Shown: positions 11,683-25,852 of the stretch, piece after piece
Position numbering within the stretch: position 1 is the first letter of the stretch
Layout: each line of letters opens with the position of its first letter
Translations under genes and position numbers: made by a program
The notes under the pieces: generated by a model
Databases searched by the model: none
Told to the model about the DNA's origin: nothing
The model's input: the letters and a program-made list of their open reading frames with translations, nothing else
DNA from: the human T2T-CHM13v2.0 reference genome, Homo sapiens
Direction: 5' to 3' (one strand)
Assembly (NCBI RefSeq): GCF_009914755.1
Contig: NC_060927.1
Length of the DNA: 64,000 nt

Positions 11683-13189
11683 TAAGAATTGCTCCCTTTG
11701 CAGTGACTTTAAGGGGCTCTGTGAATCAGGAAATACAAACAATGAACACAATTATACCTGCCATAGTTCCAGTCGGCAACTATTGACAGCTGCACAATTC
11801 CCTCCAGGTATACATATCCCCCTGTCCATCACACCTCTGCAAAACCCAGCAAACACAACTGTAATCACAATAGAGAAGTTCACAGAAAGGTTGACACCAA
11901 AGATGTGTTTTTCCTTTTGCTCATGTGCTAATTTTCTTTTCACATTTATAAACACTGAGTGGTTTATATTTTTGGCAGGGTTGTGCTTCTGAGTTAATAT
12001 GCATTGTGAGTGCCAGTTAAGCAAAGTTTTCCCAAGAATTTAACATTGTTTGTGGTTTAGAGGTCACTCATAATGGCTTAAAGAGTTTAGCTGGAGTTTT
12101 GATCTTGCATTTTTTGCTTTTCCTACAGAATGCTACTATTTTTTCTTAATTAATTAAATATCTTTCTTTAGGAATGTACAGGGTGTACCATGAACAATTC
12201 TGACATGTGATTTAATCTATGTGGGACTACATTTTAAATACATTTGGGAAGGATTGAACAATGAAGTGGAGCCCATCAATATTGGTACTGAAAATGAGAC
12301 AGTAAGTTGATATAGAGCAAAATCCACAGAAAATTTAGGAAACCACAGAATGCATGTGATATCTAAACTTAGATATCACATGTTATGTTTAATTATCTCC
12401 CAAATCATTAAAATATTGTGGGAATTTAATTATTCTGGAATATAAAAAATACATATTAAATTGTTTTCCTCTCAGTTGTACTTTAAATCATTATTTTAGG
12501 TTTGGAAAATCACAATAACATAAAAATAGAGCAAATAAGACTTGTAGGGAAATAAAATTCAGGAGTGATTCTCTGTTTTCACTTCAAAGAGATCATTGTT
12601 CTGTCTTATAGATTGTGAGAGGATTACAGGAAATTAAAGTTCTAGAGTAAATAAAACCATATTTGAATTTTCCCAATGTCACAGTTCAAACCCCACAACC
12701 TGGCACAGTTGACATTCTAATTGAGTCTATAAATTGAGTCAGCTTTTGGAATTGATGTATAAACTGAAAGATAACTCATGAATTGTAATTGTGTTTGATT
12801 TGAATTTTATTACTTTTGGCCAAAGGCATTACAAGATTTACACGGTAAGAAGGAGATACAGTATGGCCTCCAAAATGATTTATGAAAATTAAAATAGAAC
12901 AAAGATAGAATGAGGTATTGAATGTATGAATTGGTAGTTATAGAGATGATATCTTAAAATAACTTACCAGGTCAATAACAATTGTTTCTTTCCTGATGTA
13001 GAGACCATTTGATATTTAGCTAGGTTATATACAATAATTCAGCCATGGAAATTAGCAAAATCTGAAGGTATAATGAGAAAAAGAATAAATATGAACATTA
13101 ATTAAATCTCAGGCCCTGACTTAAAGGAGTAATTCTTCACTTGTTTAAGATACCTATGTGAGATGAATCATTCCACTAAAAATACACAC

Positions 13190-14520
13190 TGTCTGAGAGT
13201 TCCAGTTGCTCCATATACTCACCAGCATTTGGTATTATCAATCTTTATAATTGTAGACATTTTAGTAGAAGTGTAGTGGCATTTCATCATCGTTCTAATT
13301 TGCATTTCCCTGATGACTAATGATATTGAGCATTTATTCAGATGCTTTTTTTGCCATATGTTTATCTTCTTTGAAGAAATATCTGTTCAAGTCTTTTGCC
13401 TATGTTTTCATTGGGTGTTTGAGTTCTTATCATTGACTCGTAAAAGTTATTTATGTATTCAAATGCAAATTCTTTTTCACATATATGTATTGTAAATATT
13501 TTCTCCCAGTCTGCTGCTTGTCTTTTTGTTTCCTTAGTGCTGTCTTTAGAAGGACAGAAATTTTTAACTTTGATGATGTCCTATATATATATTTTTTTCT
13601 TTTATGGCTTGTGCTTTTTGCATCCCCTCTAAAAAATTTTCGCCTATTCTAAAGTTGAAAAGATTTTCACTTGTAAGCTTTATGGTTAAAACCACTTAAA
13701 AAAACTACATGGAAGTTTTTTTTAATTTAAACCTTAAGTTAAACATGCACTTACCATACAGCATAGGAATTCCCCTGGTAGGATGCAAGGCATACCTCTT
13801 GGGTCCTGGTAGGACCCAAGAGGATGCAAAGGCATAAGAACGATACAATGGACTTTGAGGACTTGGAGGAAAGAGTGGGTGGCGGGGGGCGAGGGATAAA
13901 ATACAACATATATGGTGCAGTGTATACTGCTTGGGTAATGGGTGCACCAGGATCTCACAAATCACCACTAAAGAACTTAGGTAGCCAAATACCACCTGTA
14001 CCCCAATAACTTACGGAAAAATAAAATTTTAAAAAAGGAAATGAAAACATATATCCGTAGAAAGATTTGAACACAAATGTCCAAAACATCTTTCCAAATG
14101 AAAACAACCTAAATGACCATTAACAAGTGAATAGATCAACATATGTTGTACATACACACAATGTGGCATATGCATACACAGCAGTACAAAGGAACAAACT
14201 ACTGATACATGCAACAAGGTGGATTGACCTCAAAACATGATGCCGAGTGAATGGGGCCAGAGAGAAAAGAATACAAACTGTACAATTCCACTTACATAAA
14301 ATTCTAGAACATGAACAGTGAATAATCATAGTAATAGAAAACAGATCAGTTGTTTCCTGTTCAAGAAGTGGGGGAAGATTTGACTGGGAAGGTGCATAAA
14401 GAAACTGTTGGGAATGATGGACATGTCCTCTATCTCGACTGTGGTGTGGTTACATGGGTGTGTACAATTGTTGAAATTCATCAAACTGTCCACATTTTAA
14501 TGCACTTTAACATATGTAAA
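13190..14520 (+). mobile_element. Ancient L1M with 5' inversion (antisense 13190-~13680; sense ~13682-14520)
   Basis: Antisense GAGAGTTCCAGTTGCTCCATATACTCACCAGCATTTGG...TTTGCATTTCCCTGATGACTAATGAT; sense AAGTTAAACATGCACTTACCATA...GAAATGAAAACATAT...CAATTCCACTTACATAAAATTCTAGAA. Confidence 0.8.
13820..14036 (+). mobile_element. L1PB (L1PB1-like) 3' terminal fragment nested in L1M
   Basis: GAGGATGCAAAGGCATAAGAA.GATACAATGGACTTTG...TCTCACAAATCACCACTAAAGAACTT...CCACCTGTACCCCAATAAC followed by an A-tail. Confidence 0.85.
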
Positions 14521-15611
14521 AACTGGGAAAATGTGATTAAATGTTATTAAAAATACTGCAGGGTTTGCCAGTAATGGGATACTTATTAAAAATCCATATG
14601 AATGGATTTTAAAAATGTGATTATTGGTAGAATTTCAAGCTCTTAAATCTCCAAATTCCTACATTATTATTTATTTTTAAAAATAAGAAATTTTTCTTAA
14701 AGGAAATTTAAAAAATACAGGAAAATTAAAATAATAAAAAAATTACTCCTATATCAACACTCAAACCCAATTTTTTCTCTATGCTTTGTATTTTTCTTTT
14801 TACAGTTTTAATCACATTGTTTATATAATATTGTAGTCTACTTTCTTAAATTAACATTATATTTTAAGGATTTTTCCAAAGAATTAAATTCTTATGGTTT
14901 GTGCACAGTTTTTACTACGTGATTTTAACTGTACACAATATTCAGGGAATACATAACATAAATTATTCACAATTATCTCCTATTTTTGAACACTTTTCTT
15001 TCTTGTTTGCACTTGTACTTTTCCCCTATCTAATGCTGTGATGATTAGCATACAATGTTTTCCACATTGAGGATTATTTACTTAGGGTAGATTCCCAAAC
15101 ACCTTGATCAAAGGGTAATACAGTCAACATTATTACTTGTAACCAAAAGATTAAAACTTGCTTCTTCTCCATGGCTTTTCTGTTAGTTTTCTATTCTAGG
15201 AAACCTTTCATTCTTTTAGCTTTCCAATTAATTATTGTTTTTTTGAGGCAGGGAGCAAAAGAGAAAGAGGATTTTCACCTACTCTCTGAATGTACTGCGT
15301 TGCCTGAATTAGCCTCATCTATCTGTCAAAGTGCCCAGAAACCATGATGATAGGAGCTGTGGAAATAGATATCTAGCATATGGGAACCTGCTTATAATTT
15401 CTTGCTCACAGCATTTATCCCACATACAGCATTTATCTTTAAAAGAGCAAGACTAATGAACCCGTATGTATTGTTTTCTACTTATAGCATATCCTCATTT
15501 GAAATACATCCCATGAAAAATAAAACTCTGCTAATGAGTAAGGCATTGCAACGTATTATAGTGAGTAGTGTCATAATACCTTGGTTCTTGCTTTTGCCAC
15601 TGACCTTATTG

Positions 15612-15642
<31 letters not shown>

Positions 15643-15929
15643 AGTTAGAGAGAAAACTTATTGTCCGTAAAAAGCTTTAATCATCTCTGACCTAGAATAC
15701 TATGTAACCATACCTTTCAATAAAAGTTAATCATGCTTCAAGAATATTGAGATTGGGCAAACAGATTACTGAGGAGGTGTCCATTTGGGGCAGTTATTTT
15801 TGCATTAACAAAGGATTCACAGTAGTATTCCCAGAAATGTTGTGAATCGCAACTCTGGCATGGTTTACAAAAATTCAGATTGTGATCAACTCATTCAGGA
15901 ATACATCTGTTACTAAGTGATGGGCAATA

Positions 15930-16120
15930 TAAAATAGTGGTTAAGCTCTGTCATTTAAAATCTGTATATTTTGGGGCAAGTTACATGGTCTCTCTAAATC
16001 TGAATTTCATCCTTTGTGAAATGGACAATGAAGCAACTTTCCTCACAGTTTGTTGTGAAGTTTAAATGAGATAATGCATATATAATACATGCCCCATACA
16101 TTGTGGATACTCAATAATAG
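15930..16120 (+). mobile_element. MIR
   Basis: TTGGGGCAAGTTAC...TTTCATCCTTTGTGAAATGG...TTGTGAAGTTTAAATGAGATAATGCAT. Confidence 0.7.
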
Positions 16121-16299
16121 ACATGATTGTGGCTGTGTTTATAGAAAATGCAGTACCTAGGAATAATTCCATAATACCTCACAATTCTACTTGTTCTTTT
16201 CTCATTCTCGATTCTTTGAACTCTTATCCCTGCACAACTTTGGCACAGCCTTCCACTTCCCTCATTTTCAAATCTTGACCTTTCTTTTGGGAGATAAAT

Positions 16300-18060
<1,761 letters not shown>

Positions 18061-20921
18061 TTTAATGAAATAAGACCCAATTCTCTAAAATTGGCTGATG
18101 CAAAGAATCTCCAAATGGGAGAGAGGCGGTTGTGCCTGTAAACTTCTCTCCATTCCCAAGATGCATATTTATTTCCTTTGGGAGACTTCCCAGTAACCAT
18201 ATGCCACACAGAAGCCCCTGTTCCTTCTCTTCTCTAACTTCTAGTTCAGATGTGGTGGACTTATCTCTCAGTACTCTTAATTCAGATGTAGACTTAGGCT
18301 CTTCTTGAAGATCTCTCAGCACAGTGGGAACATGTAAACAAACTTACCTGAAAACTCAGGAATAACAAAAGAAAATACATCCAGAAAGAATTTAGCACAC
18401 CAATATTCTGTTCTACAGGCATGGCTCATTCATCTGCAGTGTGGGGCTCCCAAAGTGCTCAAAAAGAACGGTTTGTGGTCCCACTGTTACACATGAGGGG
18501 TCTCCTTTGGGCAGAAAATGACCCTCAAAACACAAATTCCTTTTTTAATTCTCAGGGGTAAACAATGTGTCATTTAATAAACTTTCATTTATATATGTGA
18601 TCAAGAACTATTTACAAATAACCTATTGAGTTATTAAATATTAGATCAACCAACTTGGGTTGTTCATTTGGTATTGAATAAAATTAATTATAAGTTTATA
18701 TTCATCAAATAAGTGACTAAATAGTTGGATTCCCTCAAGGGATTTATTCTACAAATAAGTCTGTGGGCCATATATTTGGCAGCGTTGCAAAGCTCCAGCT
18801 GATAATTACAATACTATTATTGTAATAATAATAATTATTAAATAATTACAATACTATTATTAAATGTACATAAATGTACACAGAAGAGAAAGGGGGCTTT
18901 GGCTTGCCTACGAATATAGCAGTGCAAAACAGTAGAGAGCCACTGTGCCATTTTTTTCTAACTTTGATCGATACCATGTTAGCAGCACCTCCCAGAAACC
19001 AATTTTCTCTCAAAGCTAGATTAAAAGGACCATCCTCAGAATAAAAGTTTCAACTTGATAGTTTGATGTTAGAGTTAAAGGGAACTCCTATACTTTTGAA
19101 GGGAAACTTTGTTGTTTTGGGCTAGTACTTTAAGAACTCTGGATATGCTTGAGGTCATGGACTCCATAGTGACAGAGGAAAGGTAGCCTCTGGAGGAAAG
19201 GTTAAGGCAGAATGGAAATAGGAAGCGCTTCACCAGTTTGTTGTGGTGGTTCCCAGACTTTTGGATTTCTGGGATGAGTAAAATTTTAAAAGTGGAAGAG
19301 TAACACAGAATGACTAACTTTGTATTTTACCAAATAAAGATATCAAAAGAGAAAACATTATCTACTATTAAAAGAGAGGAGTATTTATGATAATAAAAGT
19401 GAGGATATAATCTTAGAATAAATAAGTATAATTTACAATATATGTTATAATTGAGTATGAAAATCTCACCGTATCTTTTTTTTCCATTTTGCTGCAGTGT
19501 GCACCAATGAAAAGTCCATCAGGGATTTGCTCTGCCATATGGGAATCAATGCTCCATCAGACAGCTTTACAAAGCTGCCATGTGTGATTCATATTCGCAA
19601 ACTGTGTATTATTTTTATTGTCTATTTTTCTAATTTTTTCTCATCCCTGAATCCTTGGTAAAGTTTGGTTTACATATTCTTTCATCACCTCAGTAAAAAA
19701 AGAAATACAAATATAATGGACCCTTTGAAACCAGGGTGGTGGTAACTATGATAATATTTCATAGATTTCCAGGAAAATGTAAATCTCAGGGAAGAGAATT
19801 TAAGATAAATGTCCAGATGCTTATTAGAAGTAGAGATGTTTCATTGTTCTATCTATTGGAGGTTTGTGGTTCAATTTATTTAAGGAATCTGATGGTTTTC
19901 TAATGGACCTTCCCAACATTTCTGGAATTGCCTTTTTAAGATCCCTGAAAATGGAAAGGAATTCCCTAGATATCCCAGTTTATTCCCACACCCTAACACT
20001 GAAGAGGAGTCCCCGAAACATTTCAGCCCTCCTCATTTCTTTCAAGCTTACATTGAAAGATATCAGCTTCAGCAGATAACATGTGAAGGAGGCTTCATTG
20101 GTTGGGGTGGAGGGGTTCTCCTTGACATTGACCTCACTGTACTCCTTGGCCATCTTTCCTCCAAATCCCCTGGGGCCATGCCTATCTCACTTGTAAAGTC
20201 AACAGTTGGTACACAATCAACCAGTTGAAAAGCTGGCAGAAGTACCCTCTGGGGAAAAAACGGTGTGTTAGAAAGCAACGGTTTAAATGAGCAAGGCCGC
20301 AGGAACTCAATGACTCAGTGAAGGTGGAAAACCAAGGAGGTGAACCATGGCTCCTAAGTATTCATCAGGCAGCCACCATGTTCATGTGTCAAGGTGTGTG
20401 ATTGTTTCTAGTCTTAGAAAGGTCAACTCTTTCTTTCCTAGACCACTGGTAATTTAGCTAAAAAGTAAGGTATTACTGTTAGTCAGGGCCTTTGGCCTGC
20501 TTTGTTCATCACATTTCCTATGTTGGTGGATGGAATTGTTGAGGCTGCCCACCAGACAAGTTCAATGTGGATACATTAAGAAAACCCTAAATACAGGTCT
20601 GCATCCAGAAGCAGTATTTGAGAGTCTATTGAGATTAGTGCTGTAAAATTGAGCAAGTAAACAAATAAAAAAAGGTAAAAATAAAAAGGGAAAAGGCAAG
20701 TAAGACTCTGGGAAGTACAACTAATTTGTGGATCAGTCATCCTGTTTCTACCACACAGTGCAGTGTGATCTGACAAGGCTGAGCAAATGTGGTTTTGGCT
20801 TTGCACAGCTGAGGCGTTTAACTGCATCATGCTGAGGTGGACTGAAACTTCAAGGGCACCCAGTGACTTATGTGTTTCGTCACCAGTCTGCCCACTCCAG
20901 CATTTATCAGCAAGGCAATGC

Positions 20922-20948
20922 TGTGTGTGTGTGTGTGTGTGTGTGTGT
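20922..20948. repeat. (TG)n microsatellite
   Basis: Direct reading. Confidence 0.95.
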
Positions 20949-23204
20949 AGGTATATATATTTAACTTCACACCATGGTGTCTGATTTATAATTTCCCGAG
21001 GGCAATATTTTTTTACAGCGACTGGCAGAATTTTTTGTTCTTCATTAGGCCTTTTATTAACCCACTGCCAGAGCTCTGTATCCAACCACTCCCAGTGTTT
21101 CAGTGATCATATTATCAGTAATAGCATATTTCCTCTGGGAGATATGAATACAGTCTATTGCAGGTGGAATGCTGGGAGGAGGAGGGATAGAGTGAAGTGT
21201 TCACATTTCTATCTGCACTCTGCCTTCAGACTCTTCCCACTAAACTTGCAGATGTTGCTGACTAGTTATTTTGATGGTTCCTTAACTTCATTATTATGTA
21301 TAAGAGCACAAACTTTATTTATTCAGAAAGTTTTGTAAAGCTATGATACCTTCCTCTGTAAAAAGTAGATTTGACCACACATTTGGGGTTCAAATTCCTG
21401 AGGTTTCCATAAGTTGTTTGCTATTACCAAAAAACAAAGTCTAGATGGTTAATGGAAGTCTAGATGGTTAATGAACATGGACGAGTTTGAAAAGAGCCAT
21501 ATCATGCAGAGCGGGTGGGTCCTTCCTGTCCGGCTGAAGAACTCAGATAAAAGGAAATATGAAAGCCTAAAGCTTAATTATTATCATCACTGTGCTTCCA
21601 TTTAGAGAGAAAGAAATGGTCCCAATTACAAGGCTAGCAGAATACTTATGAGGCCTTCTGGTCTCTTTGCTTGCCTTTAGTCAGGACCACATATAAAAAC
21701 ACTTAAATCCTTGGGTTAGAAGAGAACTGTTGGTTTCTAAAGAGATTTTCAGGAAAGGAAGTTCCATAAATTTCCTTGGCATTACATTTAAGCCCCTAAC
21801 ACCACAAACTTATCAAGTATGAACATTTACTAGCAGAGTATACTTGAACAAGTCACTTAATCTTTTGGAATCTCATTTATCAAGTGCAAATTCTAATAAG
21901 AACTTATGAAACACATTTTATTGTTGTGAAGATCAAACCAAGCAACCCACTTAAAAAAGATTTTTCAACTGTGAAGTACTACACAATGGTAAACTACTAT
22001 GATATTAAGCATAATTCCCATTCATGTAGTATCTCTCAAGATTAAATACAATTAACAAAATACACTGAGCACCTTAACAGAGATGGAAAACCAACTGACC
22101 TTCTCCCTCACTCCTAGTACCTATATTATATTGAAATAAGAGGGAATATTTTGTAGGAAGAGGGCAAAATAACATGTTCTGTCATTAAGACTTGAAATAT
22201 TGAGGTCCCTACACTGGGTTATTCATTTTATTCCTTGACTCTGGTTTCTATGCCATCTGAATTATATTCTAAGTGGATAAGAAAAGAAGTAACCTTACCC
22301 CATTACCTGAGACTTTGGCTATTATAATGACTGAATCTATCTTCCTAAGATCTTTTTTCAGTGAGTTAACTGGATAAGTATGTTGAGAAGTATCTCCTTG
22401 AGTATCTGATGACTTCCAATAATGACGTGAGATTTCAGCCCCCTCACCTACATAATTCTGTTTACTTAACTTTTGTAATTGAGATACTGCCCAGAGAGTG
22501 GTGGGGGAATCACTCAGTATTGAAGCCAATTACTGCGTTTGGATAATATTTTTCTCTAACTTTTTTTTTCTTCAACAGATTGTCCATTGTATTTTTTTTT
22601 CTTCAACAGATTGTCCATTGTAGAGTCAAAGGGTTTGTGGTAGGGTCAAAGTTTTCAGATATATCCAGAAGATCAGTACTTTAAAATTACTCACTCACAG
22701 TTAAAATAAAGAGAAATAAGCAAGACAGGAAATGGGAAAGGAATATTTGACTCAGTAGTTGTGGGTTAGGTGGGCTTTACATGCAGTCATTCTGTGTGAT
22801 CTGGAGTGACTAACAATGTTCATCTGAATGGACATGGCGTTAGGTGCCTGAAACTGGTCAACAGATCTGTTTTCTCTGGCTAACATTTCCTAATGCTTTA
22901 TACCTAGCTTGGCCAAAAATGGCCGAGTGAAGACAAAGAAAAAGGGAAGTTTTCGAAGCCTACCTTGACACAAGGAGGGCATCATCTTCATAAATGGTGA
23001 GAAGCTAGAAATAGCTTCTACTCGACTAAGTTAACAATCATACAACTAGTACACTAACTTAATAGCATTTTAAAAAGGATTCTGTCCCTTTTCTTGAAAG
23101 ACAATATACCATCAGCTCCTTAACCATACAAAAAAGCATGACTCTAACTTCAAAGAATAAATTGTAAGAAATCCCCAAAGTTTGACAACAATGTTTACTT
23201 GTTA

Positions 23205-23480
23205 CCTACTTAAAAATTTTTTTGAGTCCATTCTTCGTGCCAGACATTATGCCAATTTCTTCTTATACATTATCTCATTTAGTTCTCACAACAAACCTAG
23301 GAGTTGGGTACCATTACCATTTTCATTTTTCAGAGACTCAAGAGGCTGAATAATTTCTTTAAGGTTATGTATCCAGTATAAGGCTACATTTATATGATAG
23401 AAGGAGAGTCAGGATTTGACTAGTCAGGATTTGACTCATTTCTGTTGCTCTCCAAAGCTTTCTCTCTTAATCACTACAAT
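23205..23480 (-). mobile_element. MIR
   Basis: GTGCCAGACATTATGC...ATTATCTCATTTAGTTCTCACAACAAACCTAGGAG...CATTTTCAGAG. Confidence 0.75.
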
Positions 23481-24065
23481 AATATCTCTCTGAAGAGTTC
23501 AGTTATAGAAGACAAACGGAGTAGCAGAAGCAAGTTGTGCTGTACAATTGCTTATTCTCTTGAGGTGTCTCACAGAATCACCACCACACCCTTCGAGAGT
23601 GTCCTTAAAATACTGTTTTTTGTCAGCCAAGAATAAAATGGCTTTTGCCTCTGGCTGTTGTTCTCCACACATGCCACAAGGTGGCTCAGTGTAGAGTGAC
23701 CTCCCTTCTCAGTGTGAATTCCCAGAGGGTAGAAAAGGTGCGGGAACAAATTGCTGTTTCCTGTCCTATTGGATTTCACTGGCACTAGCTTATCTGCCCG
23801 ATTGACTTTCACTAGCACTAACTCATCCCTGTCTTAAAGAACAAAGAGCCACACCTCGGCTGAAAGCTTAAAGTTGTACTTACTGGACTCAAAAGGAGAC
23901 TCATTTGAAACTGACCTCAGATTTCCAATGGGAGTCTTTGTAACCACCTTTAGCTTCAAGAGACCAGATGCTCGTTGGTAATTATTTCTTCAAGTGCACA
24001 AAACAAATCCAGGAAGAGCTTATACAATTTCCAGCAGAGAAGTTTGTAGCTTAATCAAAAAACAT

Positions 24066-24097
24066 CACACAGACACACACACACACACACACACACA
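24066..24097. repeat. (CA)n microsatellite
   Basis: Direct reading. Confidence 0.95.
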
Positions 24098-25049
24098 CCC
24101 CACATCACACACCCCTCTCCCCTGCCAAAACTGGCTGCTCGTAGAGAACACCTGGGCAGATGAGAAGCTCCTTGAGCAATAGATGACAGAATTTGTAAGG
24201 AAGGTCAAGGTTTACTAGGTTGTGATCAAGCTCACCCCCACCCTCAACCCCTTATACTTCCACCTTCAACCTTTGGAAGACGAATCTTTTCAGAAAGAAA
24301 ATTCTGTTCAGACTGTGGAAGGGTACCATGGGGTTTGCCTGTCGCTAAAGCAGAAATGAACTTTTTCACCCCTTTTAAATATTTAAAAACAGAAAAATCT
24401 CCTGATAGTGGCATATAGGTCATAAAGTACCAAAAAGTATATCTGAGAATATGTCTGCCTTTGAGATCAGGACTCCTGATCATACTTTGTCCATTTTTAT
24501 TTGCTTTACTGTTCAAATGTGAGTTACCAAAGTCCTAGCACAAGAAATAACTCACATATCCAATGCCTCAGGAAAGGGAGATCCCTTTAGGGTAGATGAA
24601 ATTAATGTTCTGTCATTCAAATGGGTGTCTTTAGGCTTAATGTGGTCATCTTTTCCCATGGAACAGGGACAGATCAACTTAGCCCATACATACTGGCTAC
24701 AAATGACTAATAATAGAAACCCTACTCTTTGAAAAGAATGGGGGTAAGCACATAGATCCAGCTGGGATGTAAGGGCTTGGAAAGAAGTTAAGGAGAATCA
24801 GATACTTTTCATCCATTTGATAATCATGACTTGGGCTGACCCTGTGCTGAGACCAGATCCTGTCCAACTATTTTATTCTCCTTCTAAGAAAGAACAAGAT
24901 ATGGACCATTATAGTTCCTTGCTATAAGGCTACATTTTACGTGATTTGTTGTGAGACATCTCTGATCAGGAAGAGAAGATTTGAGATAGAAGGAGACCTT
25001 AGAAAGCATATGATTGAAACTTTAAATTCATAACTGTCCCCACACAGAA

Positions 25050-25481
25050 TTACCTTCTATCCTTCCTATGGGCCCTGACTTCTAGATGACCTATATGTAT
25101 CCATATTGATTGTATCATAGGTAGCAACCAACCCAAGACAGAATTGGAGTTTAGTCTCAGTGTGTGGAACTTGTATGTGTTAGCTGGTTGGGGGGTGGTA
25201 GTTGGGACAGCCATTTCCTGCCTTGTAAACTGAGAAGCAGGGAGAGAAGTTCTGAAGAGAGAGAGACAGAGAGAGAGAGAGATAACAAGAGAGATCATGA
25301 GGAGTGCAGTGATGAGAGAGGTGGAGTGTTGTGATGAGTTTCTAATTCCCCTTCTCTGTGTCTTTGTAAGGCTGCAGAACTCTATGGGATATCATCACTG
25401 TAGCCTCATAAAAAAATTTTGTTAATTTTCTTGCATTTAGTCAGTTTCTGCTACTTGCAATGAAAGGTTTTTTAACTAACA
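25050..25481 (+). mobile_element. Old ERVL/MaLR solo LTR (LTR33/LTR16/MLT1-like)
   Basis: Internal GA-rich stretch and terminal ...GTTTCTGCTACTTGCAATGAAAGG...AACTAACAC. Confidence 0.5.
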
Positions 25482-25671
25482 CCAGTTTTTGTGTATCTCT
25501 TTTATTCCAAAATTGGCAAGAGGCTTTCTAGATTACTTGTGTAGAAGAATAAATGGACAACAAAGAATCAAGGGATAATTATCAATCATCCAAATATCTA
25601 ACAACTTCCATTGTATACCTTTCCAGTTAATCTGCAGTGGTCCCCAGATAAAACTTTTCTGTAAACCCACT

Positions 25672-25852
25672 TGTAGTGTTTCTCCAAGTTTGATCCAAAG
25701 ACCCCCTTTTCCTATGAATCTGCTTGTCAGAGGAGAGGTTCCAAAGTCCTGCTCCCTGTTGAATTAGGCTCCTCTCTGAAGGTAGATCCAGGAATCTGCA
25801 TTTTAAACAGTGCCTCAGATAATTCTTAAACTCTGTTGAATCTGGAAACCAA
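25672..25852. mobile_element. MER5-family hAT MITE
   Basis: TAGTGTTTCTCCAAGT...CCAGGAATCTGCATTTTAAACAG...AGATAATTCTT. Confidence 0.6.

Noticed and set aside
20576-21085. 169-aa minus-strand ORF (and the 149-aa ORF at 43055-43504)
   Set aside because: No recognisable homology; the first runs through a (CA)n repeat and starts at a non-ATG codon; lengths are compatible with chance.
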